This document shows positions 37,601 through 51,567 of a stretch of DNA of 64,000 bases, one piece after another (position 1 is the first letter of the stretch; every line of letters starts with the position of its first letter). Where the stretch lies: contig CM120642.1 in assembly GCA_051362555.1 (NCBI GenBank), positions 26,908,001 through 26,972,000 on the forward strand, read 5' to 3'. Both the position numbers and the translations under genes were made by a program. The stretch is from Lingula anatina (taxonomy: Eukaryota > Animalia > Brachiopoda). The notes under the pieces are model-generated. The model was given only the letters and a program-made list of their open reading frames with translations, was not told the DNA's origin and searched no databases.

Positions 37601-40600
37601 GAAACAGAGAGAGGGAGAAGGAGAAAATGTCATTACAACAATTTCAATATCATCTGTAAACGAATACAAAGCCAACCAAAAATGTTTTGATGGTGTTTTT
37701 TAAAATGACATACAACAGAGATGATAAGTCAGTAAGGTCTTACCATATGAAGGTCAGTTGAAATGCCAAGTAGTCCCCCGAAAGTCACATTGGCTGTAAG
37801 GCAAGCAAAGTATAAAAACAAAATTGTGGCCAAACACTGGATGTGCAGAGCGTCTTTCACATCACTCACGTAAAACTTGATCTTTCTTTTTACGTCTTGG
37901 ACGAGTCCACCAAATAATCTGGAAGAAATTACACATAAAAATGTTAAATTTCTTTGTTTTCTGGGAATAAGAGACTGTAAAAAGAAACATGGTACTGTTG
38001 TTCATTTTTTCCTCAAAATTTAAGGTATGAAAAAACTGATATAAGTACAAAATGTAGACGCCCAAACACTGTTTCATGGGTTCCCCTGCGAAAAAATGGT
38101 CTCATTTAACGCTCACTTGCGGTTCTTAATCTGTCCTAGTACATAATGTTTTTCTCTTTTAACGAAAAATGTTCTTAATCTGTTCTAGGACATTCTAAAG
38201 GACTTCCCAAAAACAGTTCTAGAACTGTAATCATCATTACAGAACAACATTAGAACTGTAAAAAAAAATACACCAAATGTTCTTGAATAGATTGAGAACC
38301 GTAAGTAAAAGTTAAATTAGACACATTTTTGCAAGAGTTGTGATCGTGTGTCTCTTTATTACTTCTGGTCAAAACACTTACTTTCCAGTTCTTGACAAAG
38401 TAGATTCTTCTCCGATTCCGGAGTCTCGCGCATGCTCAGCTTCATCTTCGGAGTCAGAATGCTGTTCCTCTGGCAAGTGCTGGTGCGAATGAGAATGCTT
38501 CATCTGGCGTCGAACGACTTTCCTCCTTCTTGCCTGTATATTTTGAAAACATATTTATATTCACATTAAGTGGCATCTACAACTAAAACATGCCTTTAAG
38601 ACAATTTTCATGTAGACTGAAATTATGACAATCGTTTAAGGATAGGTATACAGAATAGGATTGCATATGTCCTAAGTATAATATTTATTACATGTACTTG
38701 TACAAACAGTACAGTGCTTATTTGTAAGTTTTGTCGTACTTTTGAATATAAAAGTATTAACAACGTGCCCATGGACAGAAGGCTAAAACACAATGTTTAG
38801 GATAGAACACTGCACAGTGTATAATCATCCTGTGGCAAAAAATAAGAAAAAACTTCGAGCAAACCAATAGAATTCGGTATCACAGAGCGTATAGGCCTAC
38901 ATGTATGTTATCGTAGAAGTGCGTGGGTACATGTGTATCAATAATTAAATTTCCATTAATTAATTGTTTTATCTAATTAATACATGTGCGTGAACATTTT
39001 ATTACATTTTCTATGTCGGGTTTATCACAACAATTGCCAGATACACCTGATGCATTATTAACATACATTATCTTATTATCATAGTGAAAATTCTTTGTTT
39101 TTAAGCAGCAGGGGCGACTTCGCCGTGTTTTTATATTTGGCTTGTCTGTTGGGTTAGACGCGCTTGTTATATAATCCTAGACACAGAAATATTACAAGCA
39201 GTGTGCAAATGGCTAAATGTGGTACAGACTACTCGGTATGTAATATCTTGGTTAACTACATTATGTTTAAGTAAACAAGCTAACGTATTTCTTGGTTTGA
39301 TGCACGTATTCTTTGCATTTTTTGAATAAATTAACAAGGGTGTCCAGCAGCTTGCTTACTATTTGTGTTGTCTCAATTGTGGGTGGTAAGTATATTTTAG
39401 AGGCAGTCTGGAAAGTTTGGGAACTGGAAAACACTGTACGAAACCCTTGACATACATGTAATAATAATAATAAGAGTAATCGAAGACGCGTGCATGCAAA
39501 CTCAATGTACATGTATATCTGTATTTAGTAAACTAACAAGGCTACTTACTTCGCCCTGATTTCACCTATTAGCAAACAAGTCTCATTACGTGATAAATTA
39601 TGAGACATTACATAACAATGATCACCTTTACTTCAAGTATCGAGTTATTATAAATTTTGTTTTTTTTATTCATATTTGATGGAAAAAGCCTTACCACAGT
39701 ATTTGCAAGTTGTGTATCTCCACGTAAATACATGCATGATTCCTTTAAAGTGTGCATGATATGCACTGTACCTGTAGTATTTGTACTATATATAAGTAAG
39801 TTTGTTTTGCTACAGAGTCTCGCTCTCCAGGACTTTACCCGATTACTGTTTCTGAGTTTCCAATAAATTAATCAAGTTATTAGTCAGCAGCTACATGTAT
39901 GTGTTGTTTTTATTTGTTTGCATTATTTATTTTTGCATGTATCTATTTATCCATCTAATTATCGAGTTATGGCTGAGTATTACAGCTAACCCTCTGATAG
40001 CAGGCCCCACTAAAATACCGTACAAAATCACACTGCTTTTCAAAATCTTTGTAACAGACTACTAGCTCACCCTGCGGTCAGAGAGAAAATACAGCTGTTA
40101 TGTACCAGGCCAGAACATACCTGTGAAGGCACACTCTGCGGGGGTTCTATCCTAATAGAAGGATCCCACTCACTAGGGGGCAGCAAAGTCGTGTTGCTCA
40201 GGAATTCATCGATGGCCAACACAACATCGTGCTTGGACCTGGCTTTGTAGGCTACCTCTTTGAATACCTGGATTAACACAAGAACAAGTATGTACCCCAA
40301 CACGGGCATCATAACCAGTCAGGAGCAATGATAAAATTACAAAGGCTTTAACATTCTGTACTGTCAGGGAACATTTCTTGTAAAACTTTTTTATAGTTCA
40401 TGTAGTTTGTTTTAATCTGTTTTATATTAAAATCTTAAGTTGTCATATGGAATTAAAAGTTGCAAAGACTATAAGTGCATATTTATATTAACACGCGTAG
40501 CACGTGTGCGTGCGTTCACGAGAGCGCGCGCGCGCGCGCGGCGTGTGTGCGTTCCTCACCTCGTCACACATCAGAGTCCCCATAACCCGACCCAGTTCAT

Positions 40601-43600
40601 GGTAGTTGATGGGGTTCTCTCCACCTTTCGGGCCGAGGAGGAAGAATATGAACCTCGTCGGCAGGGAAACCTCAGTCATATCTCCCAGAACAGTGCTGTT
40701 AGACAGACGGGCTAGAAAACAGACAGGGTGTGTCAGGAAGTCCACACCCCCGGAGAAAATGTTGCATGCCTCTGCTCCTTGGGGGATCTTGCGCAGAAAG
40801 TTTCTGTTGTGCTGAAAGACAGAGAGGGGACATGATTGTTTTCTTGTGGTGAGATTTTTACGAGAACGTCATACAATTGCAGAATGTTTTTTATCTACAC
40901 GTTACACTGTAAATTCTAAAGACTTCCATCAAGTCTATGGAAGATATATTTAAAAGTTCAGACTTATTTTTTTCTTTACCACTCTGTTAATGTAAAATTG
41001 ACTGTTACCACAGACATACATACAGTTATACGGAGATTTTAAATAAACACAGCTCTTTAATCAAGAGTCAATGCAATCAACTGAGCTTGGCCTATCCGTC
41101 CAATAATATATAAAATAAAATAAAATGAAATAAAGTAAAATAAAATAGAACAAAAGGGGAACGTCTATGTTCCTCAATTAGGTTTCTGGGGCGGCCTTTG
41201 TTAATATTACCTTGTACAGGTTACTCAGCGCCAGACCAGGACTCCCATCTTCCCCCTCCCCCTCCTCCTCTTCCCCCTCTTGAGGAGGGGGAGACTCCGG
41301 TTCCGCCTCCCCCTCGGAGTCCGCCATGAGGTCATCAGCATCCGTTTCCAGCTCGATCCCTCCATCCTCATCCGTGTCCGAGGCCAGCCGGAAGCTGTTC
41401 AGACTCTTCGAGATGGAAGAGGTCCGCGTGCGGTTGTCGCTTGGCGCTAGGGAGTGAGTGTAGAATTAGTGTAATGTGTAATTATTTCAAAATTAAATGT
41501 TCCGAAAATTTATTTCTCTGTAGCACCAGATTTAGTGAGGTGAAGTCTAGCCAGCGTAAATCTTATGAAGGTATGGTATGAAAGTTACGAATGAAAGGAG
41601 ACAAAGAAGAAATATACTGAATAATCCCCAACAAAATATGTTTACATTTAGCATTGACGATCAGAGGGGAAACATGTAATATTAATTTCCACTTCATGCA
41701 CTACGACGTCCTGTATTGGCGAATGTTTTTCAAAATCATTTTTATTAATTATTTACACAGTATATCTACTTAACACCAAACTATATTAATTTACTATTTC
41801 TACCTGGCCTAAAACACGCAGCAGTGCTCTCATACAAAAATACGATATTACCGTAGCAGTCAGCGAATCGTACGAGCGTTATTCGTGTTGTAGCTTTTTT
41901 AAGGCTGATATTGGAAGTAAGGAAATAACTACTACATGTATATAAACAGTGAAATAAATAAGGTTTTATAGCTCAGTTGTGCTGCTGTATTGCGTTGCCA
42001 TGCGCACCTGCCGCAGCATGTATCACCCCTACTGAGATAGTTGTCAGGTGATGAAGATACCAGATAGTGATGAAGTCAGTGAATGGGATAAGATCCACCG
42101 CATAGAACAATGACACTAAGGGCTCATTCCCAATGAAACTAACGCTCTACGTAGATCGATCCAACTCCTTGGGGACTCTCGCTAAATGCAATCAGATTAA
42201 CAGTTTCACCCTTTATTCAGTGACTTTTCCAAACCGTTTGTTCAGTAAACTACTTAACGCCAGATAAAGCCGTGTTAATTATAAATCTCTCTTATCTGAT
42301 TGCATTCAGCAAGAGTCCCTACGGACTTGGATCGATCTACGTAGAACGTTAGTTTCATTGGGAAAGAGCCCAAAGTAAGGCCTATTACGTCTTAGCAGAA
42401 AATGCACGGACTCGCTACGCCACTCTGCATGCATTGAACATGTATAGACTCACAATTGATAAGGCGGTTTAACGAAGCAGTCAGGTTACGACTATAATTG
42501 TGACCTTTAGACCCTCTAGACTCACAATTGGTAAGGTGGTTTAACGAAGCAGTCAGGTTACGACTATAATTGTGACCTTTAGACCCTCGTCTACCCACCA
42601 GGCTGTTCGCCCGCGAACGGTCTGAAACAGAAAACTCGGGTTAGTAAAAAGTTAGGAAAGACACTCACTAAGACCGAAGAACTAAAGTCTACAGTGCGTG
42701 AAATACAAGGAAAAAAATATAGATAGCGTCGCTGCGCTTAGACAAAATTGTATTCAATTTTGTATTTGCAACGTGACTTTTCCCAATCGTGTAACCTATT
42801 AGTCATACAGGGACATAGGTTGTAAATCTGATTTGCAATTTCCTTTTGCGTTTCGTTCGGTTCAGGAACGGTTCAAAATTATTGCGCAAACGCACCTTAA
42901 AGAAAGCATACGGTAATATGGTTAACCCTAATACAAAGAAAAGGTGAAATGTGTTTTATCCCAGTGAGGAAATAAGTGCCTTGTTCCACCACAAACTGCC
43001 AGTTTTACAATAGCTATGAGTGCACTGCGTACTAAGTAGATTGTTCTTTACGGTTTTGCTTTGTTTTGGCATCAAACGTGTGAACAACAACAATAATAAT
43101 GTAGAGTATCGAGGAAGCCAATTGGTAAAACTGAAGATATGTCCATAAATTTTACCATAAATACCACGCAGTGAATGTTGGCAGCAGTTTGGAAAATGCA
43201 CTTTTTGTTCAAGATTGCATTTTAGAGAAGTTTGAGAAACTGTTTGATTAATATCTTTAATTAATCTATATTAACCACTAAACCCCAGAAATTACATATG
43301 TTACGTTGAAAGAATCGAACTGCCTTAGTCAGAAATGGAAATTTATAACCAGGAAGTGACTGACAGCAAAGTGGATTAGTAGTTTTTCTCGTCTGACGAG
43401 GAAATAAGTATAGTTTAAGTAATTCATGATTACAGGAATAATGCAGAAAGACCCACCCCCACCCCCTCCAAATGCACAGTTTTCCTTCTTTTTGTTTCAG
43501 ACATACATGGAGATTACTCAAGGCCCTTGTACCCTCTTTTGGGGTCAGAGATTGATATTCACTAGATATTTACTTATATATGACTCTGGCTAATCTGTGA

Positions 43601-46600
43601 CACGATTCTCTGCTGGAGAAAAGTGCACATAATTAACCTGCGGTTCTGGTAGAGGGTAGGGCCCTTCTGTCATCTTACGGACATACTTAGAAAGAAATGT
43701 TACGGACATACATAGAGAAAATTGTTATGGACATACTTGGGGACTTTGGCTCTCCGCCTGGTGTATTGACGTCCACGGTAGGAGGTCGCTTTTTTGACCG
43801 CTTCTCGTGTTGGTGATGATGTTTCCGCAGGAAAACTTCGATCACCTGCTGCAGATCAATGCCGTGAAGATGGGTCTTCAATAGTCTGTAAGCCAGCATG
43901 TCTGGAATAATATACAGAGATTTATATCAGGAAAGCTATTTGATTACATATAAACGGACTGGAAAACTGCTTTGTTTTTGCCAGTTGCCTTCCTTTCTGT
44001 ACAAATGTAGTGCAGAGGTGCACCTTGTAATTGGAATAAACAATAAAACATGAATTGCGAAAACGAGAAAAAGCCAATTATAAATATATACGTTTACATC
44101 TAAAACAGGGTATATTTTTAAAGTCCCCCCCCCCAATTTTTAATTAGGGGGGATTATTACTTGATCAACGAGGCGATCATAAAATGACCAGTATTTTTTA
44201 ACAGCATAGAATCGAACTCAGAATTTCTACATTCGACCCACTACAACCATTAATTTTTTTAAAAAAATTATATTCAGGCTATTATCAAAATAATTTCGGT
44301 GAAGCCAACGCAAGTTAAACTTACCGGAAATTTCCAGCATGTTGGAACCGTCCAGGTCCAAAATGACGGACCCATTGTGCAATATGTCCTTCAGCTCCTT
44401 CAAATATTTGTATGACAAAGTGGCTACTCGGGGCTTGGACCAACGCTTCCCGCCTAACTCTAAAACTTCTTCGAATTTCACCCATCTGAAATACATTTAC
44501 GCTGGCGTTAAGTTAACTAAATCGACTACCTAATATCAAAATAGTATAATATTGTACTATATAACAAATAAGTTATAGCATTTTTTTTTAAATGTCCTAT
44601 AAGCAATAAAGAATATTTAACACAGATACAGATTTAAACTTAGATACAGATCATATGAAACGTTGTTATTTTTTTTTTAAGTTACAATGTTTATCAAATT
44701 TGATGTACTACCACTCTTTTAGGTGTTTTTTCTTATGAAGAAGTACATTTCAAGCACCTACATAATGTATTTTTTTGGCAGTAAACAATGATGCAATAAA
44801 TACCAATATGGCGATACTAAGGCGTGCACAGACTATGATAACCCTAGACGCAGTGCGTGAACTTCTCTCGCATTGATTGTGATATCATCCTATGTGAATG
44901 CCAACGAGTTTAGAGTGCAACTCGGGTTCCAACTTATTCTCACTAGCCTGGGTAATAATCAGAACATGACCTTAAAACCTTTACCCGTGCTCATCACTCA
45001 ACACTTCGTGCATATTGCATTTTTTTTTTTGTTCTTTATTGTGAGACAACCCGTATGTTTTAATAGTGTGGAATATCACTGCACGTACTGACACATACAC
45101 AGCCATTCAAGAGCAACTTAGCAGTAACCAATATTTATCTGTAAAAAAAAAAAAGAACTTCGTGCACAGGTACTAGGCCTAAAGTTGGGCTCAAATTTCT
45201 GTCCAGAAACTTAGCCTATACTTTGAAGCAGGCTTAATCTGAAGGTTTATCTAAATTGATTCAATGATATTTACCCCTCTTTGGCTTTTCCTTGCGAAAC
45301 ACAGCCAGTAAATAAAGTTATTGATATGTCTAATGAAGTCACCACTGGGTGGAAACACCTTGTCAAGACGATATCAGTTTGCTTAGTGACTTAGTTCAAG
45401 GACAAAAAAAAGCGTGAGAATCGGTGTTTTACATTATTTATGAAACCAGACTCGGTTCGAAAAGTCGTAGTGGGCAAAACTTTAGCTCACAAACTGACTT
45501 AAGGCTTACAGTGAAAATGGCCCCTGGGCTGATATCGAGACGACCTCGACTTTTCAGACAGCCTACCTTGCCGTTTCCATCCATTCTTCATGTTCGACGC
45601 CCTTGAACCGCTTCAGTTCTGATAGTTCACAAAATAGATCTTTGACTTCTAACTTAATGTGGCCGGAATCTATGTCCACGTTGAAGCCAACTTTTTTGGA
45701 AGCTTTGGGGTTCAGCCATGGGTTGGCACTCACCTCTGTAAGAATTGAAACAAAAATGCATGTATTTTAAAAGCTTGGGAAGAAAATCTAGAAGTCTAAT
45801 ATCAATATTTCAGAACAAGACAGTTCAAGTAAATTGTAGACAAGTAGAGCAGAAAAGTTAAACTTGAACCAAACGACCAATGAATGCATGGAAAAGATCC
45901 AGTCATAACAAGTTTTTCACTGGCACCTCACACAAACAATCTTGTTACCAATCATATTATAACCATCATATTATCAAAATAAATATAGACAAATACAAAT
46001 GAGACGGCATTCACGTAGACGCAACAAAGATGTAACGCTTGTATGATATCTACCCCTAAACTACAAAAATTATGTCGGAACTAGAAAAAAGGACCAAAAA
46101 GTCTCGTTTCCTTCATATTGGTGTATCGATATTTACAGTATTATATATCAGTGTGAAAATTGGGACTTTTAAAGGGAATCATCCGAGAAAACCCCAAAGT
46201 CTCGCGACTTATCGTAAAAAAACGAAACTTCGTGGCATTTGGAAAAGAGTGAAGTCAGAAATAATGGCAGACTAGCGAGTGCGATGCACCAACGAATGAT
46301 AGCTGACAGAATTTATCTACGGATATTCTGCTAATTGTTTTGTCTTTAAAGTTCCGTCAAATAACAGTCTACTGCACAGCAGTAGACCTACAAATTCGAA
46401 ATGTTTTGCTTATCACCTTAGTATTGCTTTCTTAGACGACAATTCATTAGCACAAGTTTCGATGAAAAGTTAACACCACCTCACGCGGTAAGATCTCTTC
46501 TGTGTGCATTTAAATATTTCTTATATAATTTTATATTTATTTTTCTATATATAAATCTATTTTTATCTGTCTCTTTATTTTATTTTATTTATTTATTTAT

Positions 46601-47849
46601 TTTTTTGTTTGTTCGTTTGTTTATTTTCAAACGAAAATACAGGCTGGTAATCGTACAGGCGATGTAAATAAAAGGAGGGGGTGTTCCCCTTTTCGCTTCA
46701 GCCACTGACTGTGGTAGACACATATGCCTAACGCGACCCTCGAAATATCGATCCAAACTCACCATAGTAAACCCCTGCAAGTTATATAGCATATTGGTTT
46801 TGTCTCTATCTCTATTTAAATCACATCACAGATAAGAGTTTTAAAAAAAAACATATCTCTGTTGGTAAGAAAGGACGCCTTTCTGAGTGCTGTGATTCGA
46901 CTCACGTTCCCTTTGCAAGTATAAAATCAGCCCCGGTGGGTTCGGGATGCAGATTAAAGTTTGATTAGCTCTCTTACTCCCGTGATCTGGATAAAAGTAC
47001 GGGGGGGGGGGGGGGGGAAGTGAGGAAGTGGCAAGCAGTTTGACAGCTGATAAATTCATCGCAATGTACCAGCAAGCCTGTACTTCTCACTTTAAAGATA
47101 ATTAAAGTGCAACATGTTGCAATGCACACCTGTTATCGTGATCGCCAATGTTACGCGAATGACAGTGGCCGCATGTTTTACCGCATGATCTTAAAAAATA
47201 AATACAAACACCTGTTGTATATTTACACGATGTAGAATTATTAGAGAATGGGTGGCAACGCTTGACCGACTGGATAGACAACTGATCAACTGTTTGATCG
47301 GTGATCTAACAAATAAGGCGTACAAAATGTAAAGCAGGTTTAAAACCCTGTAACAGTGTTCGTCTTACTGCTAAATCTGTGACAGCTAAATCTAAAATAT
47401 TTCAATGGCCGTTTGTTACAAAAAAATGCTTAATTATAAAACACCCTTTTTTTATTTCTCCAAATTTTTGTCTCCTTTCCTCGACACTCCCTGCTGACAT
47501 TCTACAGAAAGACTTTCATAAAACCGCGCAAGAAGGTTAGTCATCCGTTGTTCATAATTCTCACCCTTTTTCTCATTCCGTTTCCCACCTCTTTGTGCAA
47601 TGTCACTCAACGAAAACAAACAAACAAAAAACGCAAAGAAAGTAGGATAAGCCTCACAGAAAACAAAATACGCTTTTCCTCCAAAAAGCCAAAATCACTC
47701 CCAACACCGACTTTTACATTTTCGTAAATAGCTTAATCAATAATAATTTGCTAGCGCTTGGCCGATATGAAGAAGCATATTAAAAGCAAGCCAGCGGTAT
47801 ATTCACCTGGCGGTGACCGGTTCCCTAACAATGATTTCAACTCCGCCAT
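31632..47849 (-). CDS. SLC4-family bicarbonate transporter, Na-coupled (NDCBE/NBCn/Ndae1-like) scaffold, ~1121 aa
   Basis: Exons (5'->3'): 47849-47807 (candidate start, [14 protein letters not shown]), 45735-45567, 44485-44325, 43901-43737, 42621-42526 (or -42454), 41446-41211, 40811-40560, 40267-40121, 38533-38382, 37918-37744, 37444-37311, 37000-36427, 35835-35722, 35531-35373, 34587-34409, 34161-34089, 33516-33448, 32887-32711, 32123-32022, 31820-31632; all GT-AG and phase-consistent. Motifs: [67 protein letters not shown], 4-Cys glycosylated EL3, [49 protein letters not shown]. Confidence 0.96.
33200..33430. mobile_element. Foldback MITE, family C-related, SLC4 intron
   Basis: GGCTCTGTTCACAA.. 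/ ..TTGTGAACAAAGCC ends preceded by TTA; internal CGACCCACTTGAA shared with 22113-22297. Confidence 0.7.
33956..34069. mobile_element. MITE family B, internally deleted copy
   Basis: TAA-GGGATCATTCCCAATG ... CATTGGGAATGGGCCC-TAA. Confidence 0.8.
38083..38337. repeat. Degenerate inverted repeat / probable MITE in SLC4 intron
   Basis: CCTGCGAAAAAATGGTCTCATTTAACGCTCACTTGCGGTTCTTAATCT is mirrored by AGATTGAGAACCGTAAGTAAAAGTTAAATTAGACACATTTTTGCAAG; internal ATGTTCT sub-repeats. Confidence 0.55.
42120..42371. mobile_element. Foldback MITE family B
   Basis: ~80-bp inverted arms GGGCTCATTCCCAATGAAACTAACG.TCTACGTAGATCGATCCAA.. / reverse complement at 42293-42371. Confidence 0.85.
42446..42588. repeat. 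72-bp tandem duplication covering an SLC4 exon 3' end and its splice donor
   Basis: Two near-identical units encoding [16 protein letters not shown](H/R)L(T/I)NCES, each containing AAT-T|GTGAGT. Confidence 0.9.
43675..43740. repeat. 25-bp tandem repeat (3 units) at an SLC4 splice donor
   Basis: ACATAC (GTATGT donor on -) at 43681, 43706 and 43731. Confidence 0.8.
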
Positions 47850-49263
47850 GCTCTGGTGCCTTCAAAACACACACTGTGTCTGAGTTGCACGCAAACCATG
47901 CTTTGCGACCACGACAGTCGTACAACCTTTGCTCCCTCAAACGATTGTATATCTATAGAGTGGCATGAAGTCAGGCCACACAACAGGGTCTCCGTGTCTA
48001 ATCGTTACTATAAATTGACAAATCTGCATAACGTGATTTTAACCGACTTTTTTTTACATGTAATCTATGTGCAAACAACCCCCTGGCCGTGACAAGGTCG
48101 AATGCAAAAGCAGTCATGCCATTTCACATAAGAGGCATATTTGGTAAACACACGGCTTAAAACGATGTATATTGAAACGAGATATCATAATGATTACCAT
48201 GAGAGGACTGGCTTTATTAAATATTCTTAAAGCCTATACATGCTTACATGCCCTATCAAGCAGTTAAATAAAAAAAATTCGCGGGTATACATAAATGTGC
48301 GCGTGTAAGTGTACAGATTTTAGGGTCTGGGATTGACCTATCACAGATGCTTGTTATACATATAATGGCAATATTTATAACACCCATGTTAATACATGCA
48401 CATGTAGATCTATGCATGTTTTTTCGTTGTTTATATAACTCAAAGAACAGACATACAACATCACGGATAGACCTTGCCCCCAACTTGGCTCGTTCATATT
48501 CGAAGTCGTGAACACAGTGGATCACATGGTGATGAAACTTAGCTGGGTCATTCTCCATGATGTATAACCTACTGAGTTCACTTGCGTTGTGATTATAACA
48601 AGATTAGTCCCAGATTTCTTACATCACAATTAATTAATAGTCTGGGGAACAGGTGTAAGCTGCTAAAAATATCAATGTCATTTGCTGTGGAAACGCCGGA
48701 AACACTTATGGTCCATAGACGTCTTAATCTTAACCTACATTTAGGTACATTCAGATATTTCATGTTTCAAGCTTCTGTATTTAAAGGGTGACAAAAATTA
48801 CTTTTTATCGGGTTGTCACGTACATGCTCCCGATACTTGACAGTTAGCAAATAATACGAAAATACATTTACACACATTGAGCAAGAACACGTGACGTGCT
48901 TGCTTCTACTACAAGTTACCACGCTTAAATGCATAATAAGAAAATACCCACTGTCACTAGGCCATTCGCCGATCCATGATTTCATCCGTTTCATGCTTGA
49001 ATCTCAGTAATATCCTAAATCTACCAACCGCATGAAATATATTGTTATGTACCCTGGCAATTAATATACCGCGCTCTGGAAGCGCGTGTACTTGTTACTA
49101 AACTCGCTGCTACAGGGAAAATTATGCGCACCGCCTGCACCTGTATTCCGGGGACTTTGCCATGACCTTGAGCAAATGCCATGGTGATCGCTATAAGAAA
49201 TGCGGCAACCTGAGCGAAGATATAACAGGGAATAAGGTGAATTCCGTAGAGGAATACACTTAC

Positions 49264-49269
49264 TTTCAT
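49264..49269 (-). other. Candidate 6-nt microexon (ATGAAA) in the SLC4 5' region
   Basis: - strand reads ...gtcgTGCtccagttttttccttcacgtag|ATGAAA|gtaagtg: polypyrimidine tract, AG, 6 nt, perfect GTAAGT donor. Confidence 0.5.
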
Positions 49270-51352
49270 CTACGTGAAGGAAAAAACTGGAGCACGACCA
49301 GTTTATGCTCCTTCAACATCATTATTTCATGATTTATTATAACTGTTTTGCATCTGTCTGAGAGTAGGTTGCCTATTTCATCACTGCAACATAAACATGT
49401 AAGAGCCGATAAATGATTTTGATGAAATGGTTAAAAACTCATTTGTGGGCAAAATAATCTTACATTAAATAGTCATACATTTTCTTTTAATAACCCAGGC
49501 CAAAACTACCCCCACCCCCCATCCCCCCATACACGTATAACCAAGCAGACGAGCCATGACTGCCTCTAATGTGATCTACTCTTCAAGACTTGCCTTTCTT
49601 GAGCCCCTGCTATTTCTTTTTCAGGAATAACCCCATTTCTTTACCTGCCCTTACTCGCTCTCCTTTTCCCTTCAATGTGGTTCATCTGAAATCCCATGTC
49701 TACAATCCTATAAACCAGTTTTCTCAAACTAAAATATTCGGAATTACTTCTTCTTTAAACCATGTTTTTATCGTTTTATTAAGTATTTTCTTTGTTTGTT
49801 TTTTAGTCGTTCTTTTCATAGTATGCCTTTGCATGTTTATCTTCAAACTTGCATTACCTTTATTTCTTCAAAATCAGCGATTGTCATCTGCGTCATCTCT
49901 ACTCATCTTTATTCAAGATCTCTTTACTTTCGTTTCTCAAAACTTCTGTTTTTCCCAGACTGACTCAATTTCCAATTTTCAACATTTTCCTTTAACCATT
50001 AGGTTACCCTTCCAAAATGCTTCTCAACTTTTGTCTGCCAACTAATCCACTCAACAAACGCGGTAGGCTTGGCTTTTTATCTCATATTACTATAACCCAG
50101 GGTCCATCAATGTCCCCTAGCTATAGCGTACGGCAGTGACACAAAGGTCTGTGGGGACATTCTTTAATGAAAGAAGTTGAATCTAATTTGAAAACCATTC
50201 ATGCGGGTGGCATCAAGATTTAAACGTTTTTCCCGTAAGTGCGCTGCAACACAGAAGCGTCCTAAGCCGTGAGTATAGGGTCCATTATGAAAGAAGCGAC
50301 ATCTAATGCCTCATGACATTGGTGCATTGATAATGTTGGCGACAAAGTACCTCAAACTGAGCACTCTCTTTTATTCATGGGTGTCTTCTTCAGGACTTGA
50401 ATTCTTAAGAACTTCAGGTATTGATCCATATATCACCGCCCCATGCAGATGAGGCGGCCGAGAGACTCACGCCCCCGGCACACCTTGAAAAGTACTAGCG
50501 AGAGAGGAACATACATGAAAATAAAGGAGTATTTATGTTACCTTCCTTGCCTCAGATGATATTTAAAAAAGATATCAACAGTGACTGCGGTGTTCAACCA
50601 GTGAAGCATAACTATTTCATAAAGAAAATATTATTAAAAAAGTTTTTTGTATTATTTTTAATCCTGCGAAGTCTATTAGAATTCAATTAAGCTGAAACAG
50701 CACATGTTATGTAGGACTTAAGGCATTGGTTGTCGTAATAGAACCGAACTAGCATAGAGCACAGAAATAGACAATTCATCAAATACGCCGTTGGCCAAAT
50801 AACGAAATCAGAGAGAGAGATGAGAAATCCAGTTTAGTTACAAAACATGTTTGAGTAAGCATCGCGTATCAAATTCGGTAGAAATCCAACGGAAGAAAGT
50901 TCTCGTCGTTACTCAACCAGATGAAACTATCAAGGTCACTCAAGAAGCGCCCATATTAAAAGTAACAGACGCGGCGCGTTATCAATGGAAAAACTGAAAC
51001 AGGACTCGGTGGTCATTAGTTGAGTGTTGCGATAAATCGATCACGAGTCCTCAGTAAGATACCCGAATTTTAAAAAGACGTGAGCTGCGCGTGTTCCGGT
51101 CGCTTCTCTGGTGGCGACTCTCTTAATGTCCCTATGACTTCATGTAGAAACCCTTTAGGATCCATACTATTTTTAGTTGTGAGAACGCAATTGATCTCGG
51201 CTACTGCTTCGGTGTGTTTTTCATAAGTACTAAAAATAAAAGAACAGAACGGATTTCTTCTGGTGCTGTCCGTCCCTTTTTCGAGCTTTTAAGAAACGTC
51301 GCAATGGACGATCCATGAAGCCTTCGAGGGTTGGGTATACCGTGTACTTTAA

Positions 51353-51567
51353 CACCCCATTTCCATAGATTAGATCGACCTACTTTAGATCGACCTAACT
51401 CCCTGGGGGTTCACGCTAAATAGCTGTCAGCCGGGCGGACACGAAAGTTAATTACCCTCTTACAGCTTGTAGTAGGCGGGACGGACATTTAAGTCGGATT
51501 ATCTGAAAGTAATCCAGTGAGACTCCCCGCGTGGATAGATCGATCTAAAATCTATGGGAATAGAGCC
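51353..51567. mobile_element. MITE family A, copy 3
   Basis: Homologous to 28760-28974 (reverse orientation); TAA/TTA flanks. Confidence 0.85.

Noticed and set aside
48248-48252. Second possible microexon (tag|GGCAT|gtaagc, - strand)
   Set aside because: 5 nt would shift the frame and no compensating exon was found; likely chance.
50351-50494. Possible SLC4 coding exon (acceptor at 50495, GC-rich)
   Set aside because: Stop codons in all three frames over the full interval; at most UTR sequence.
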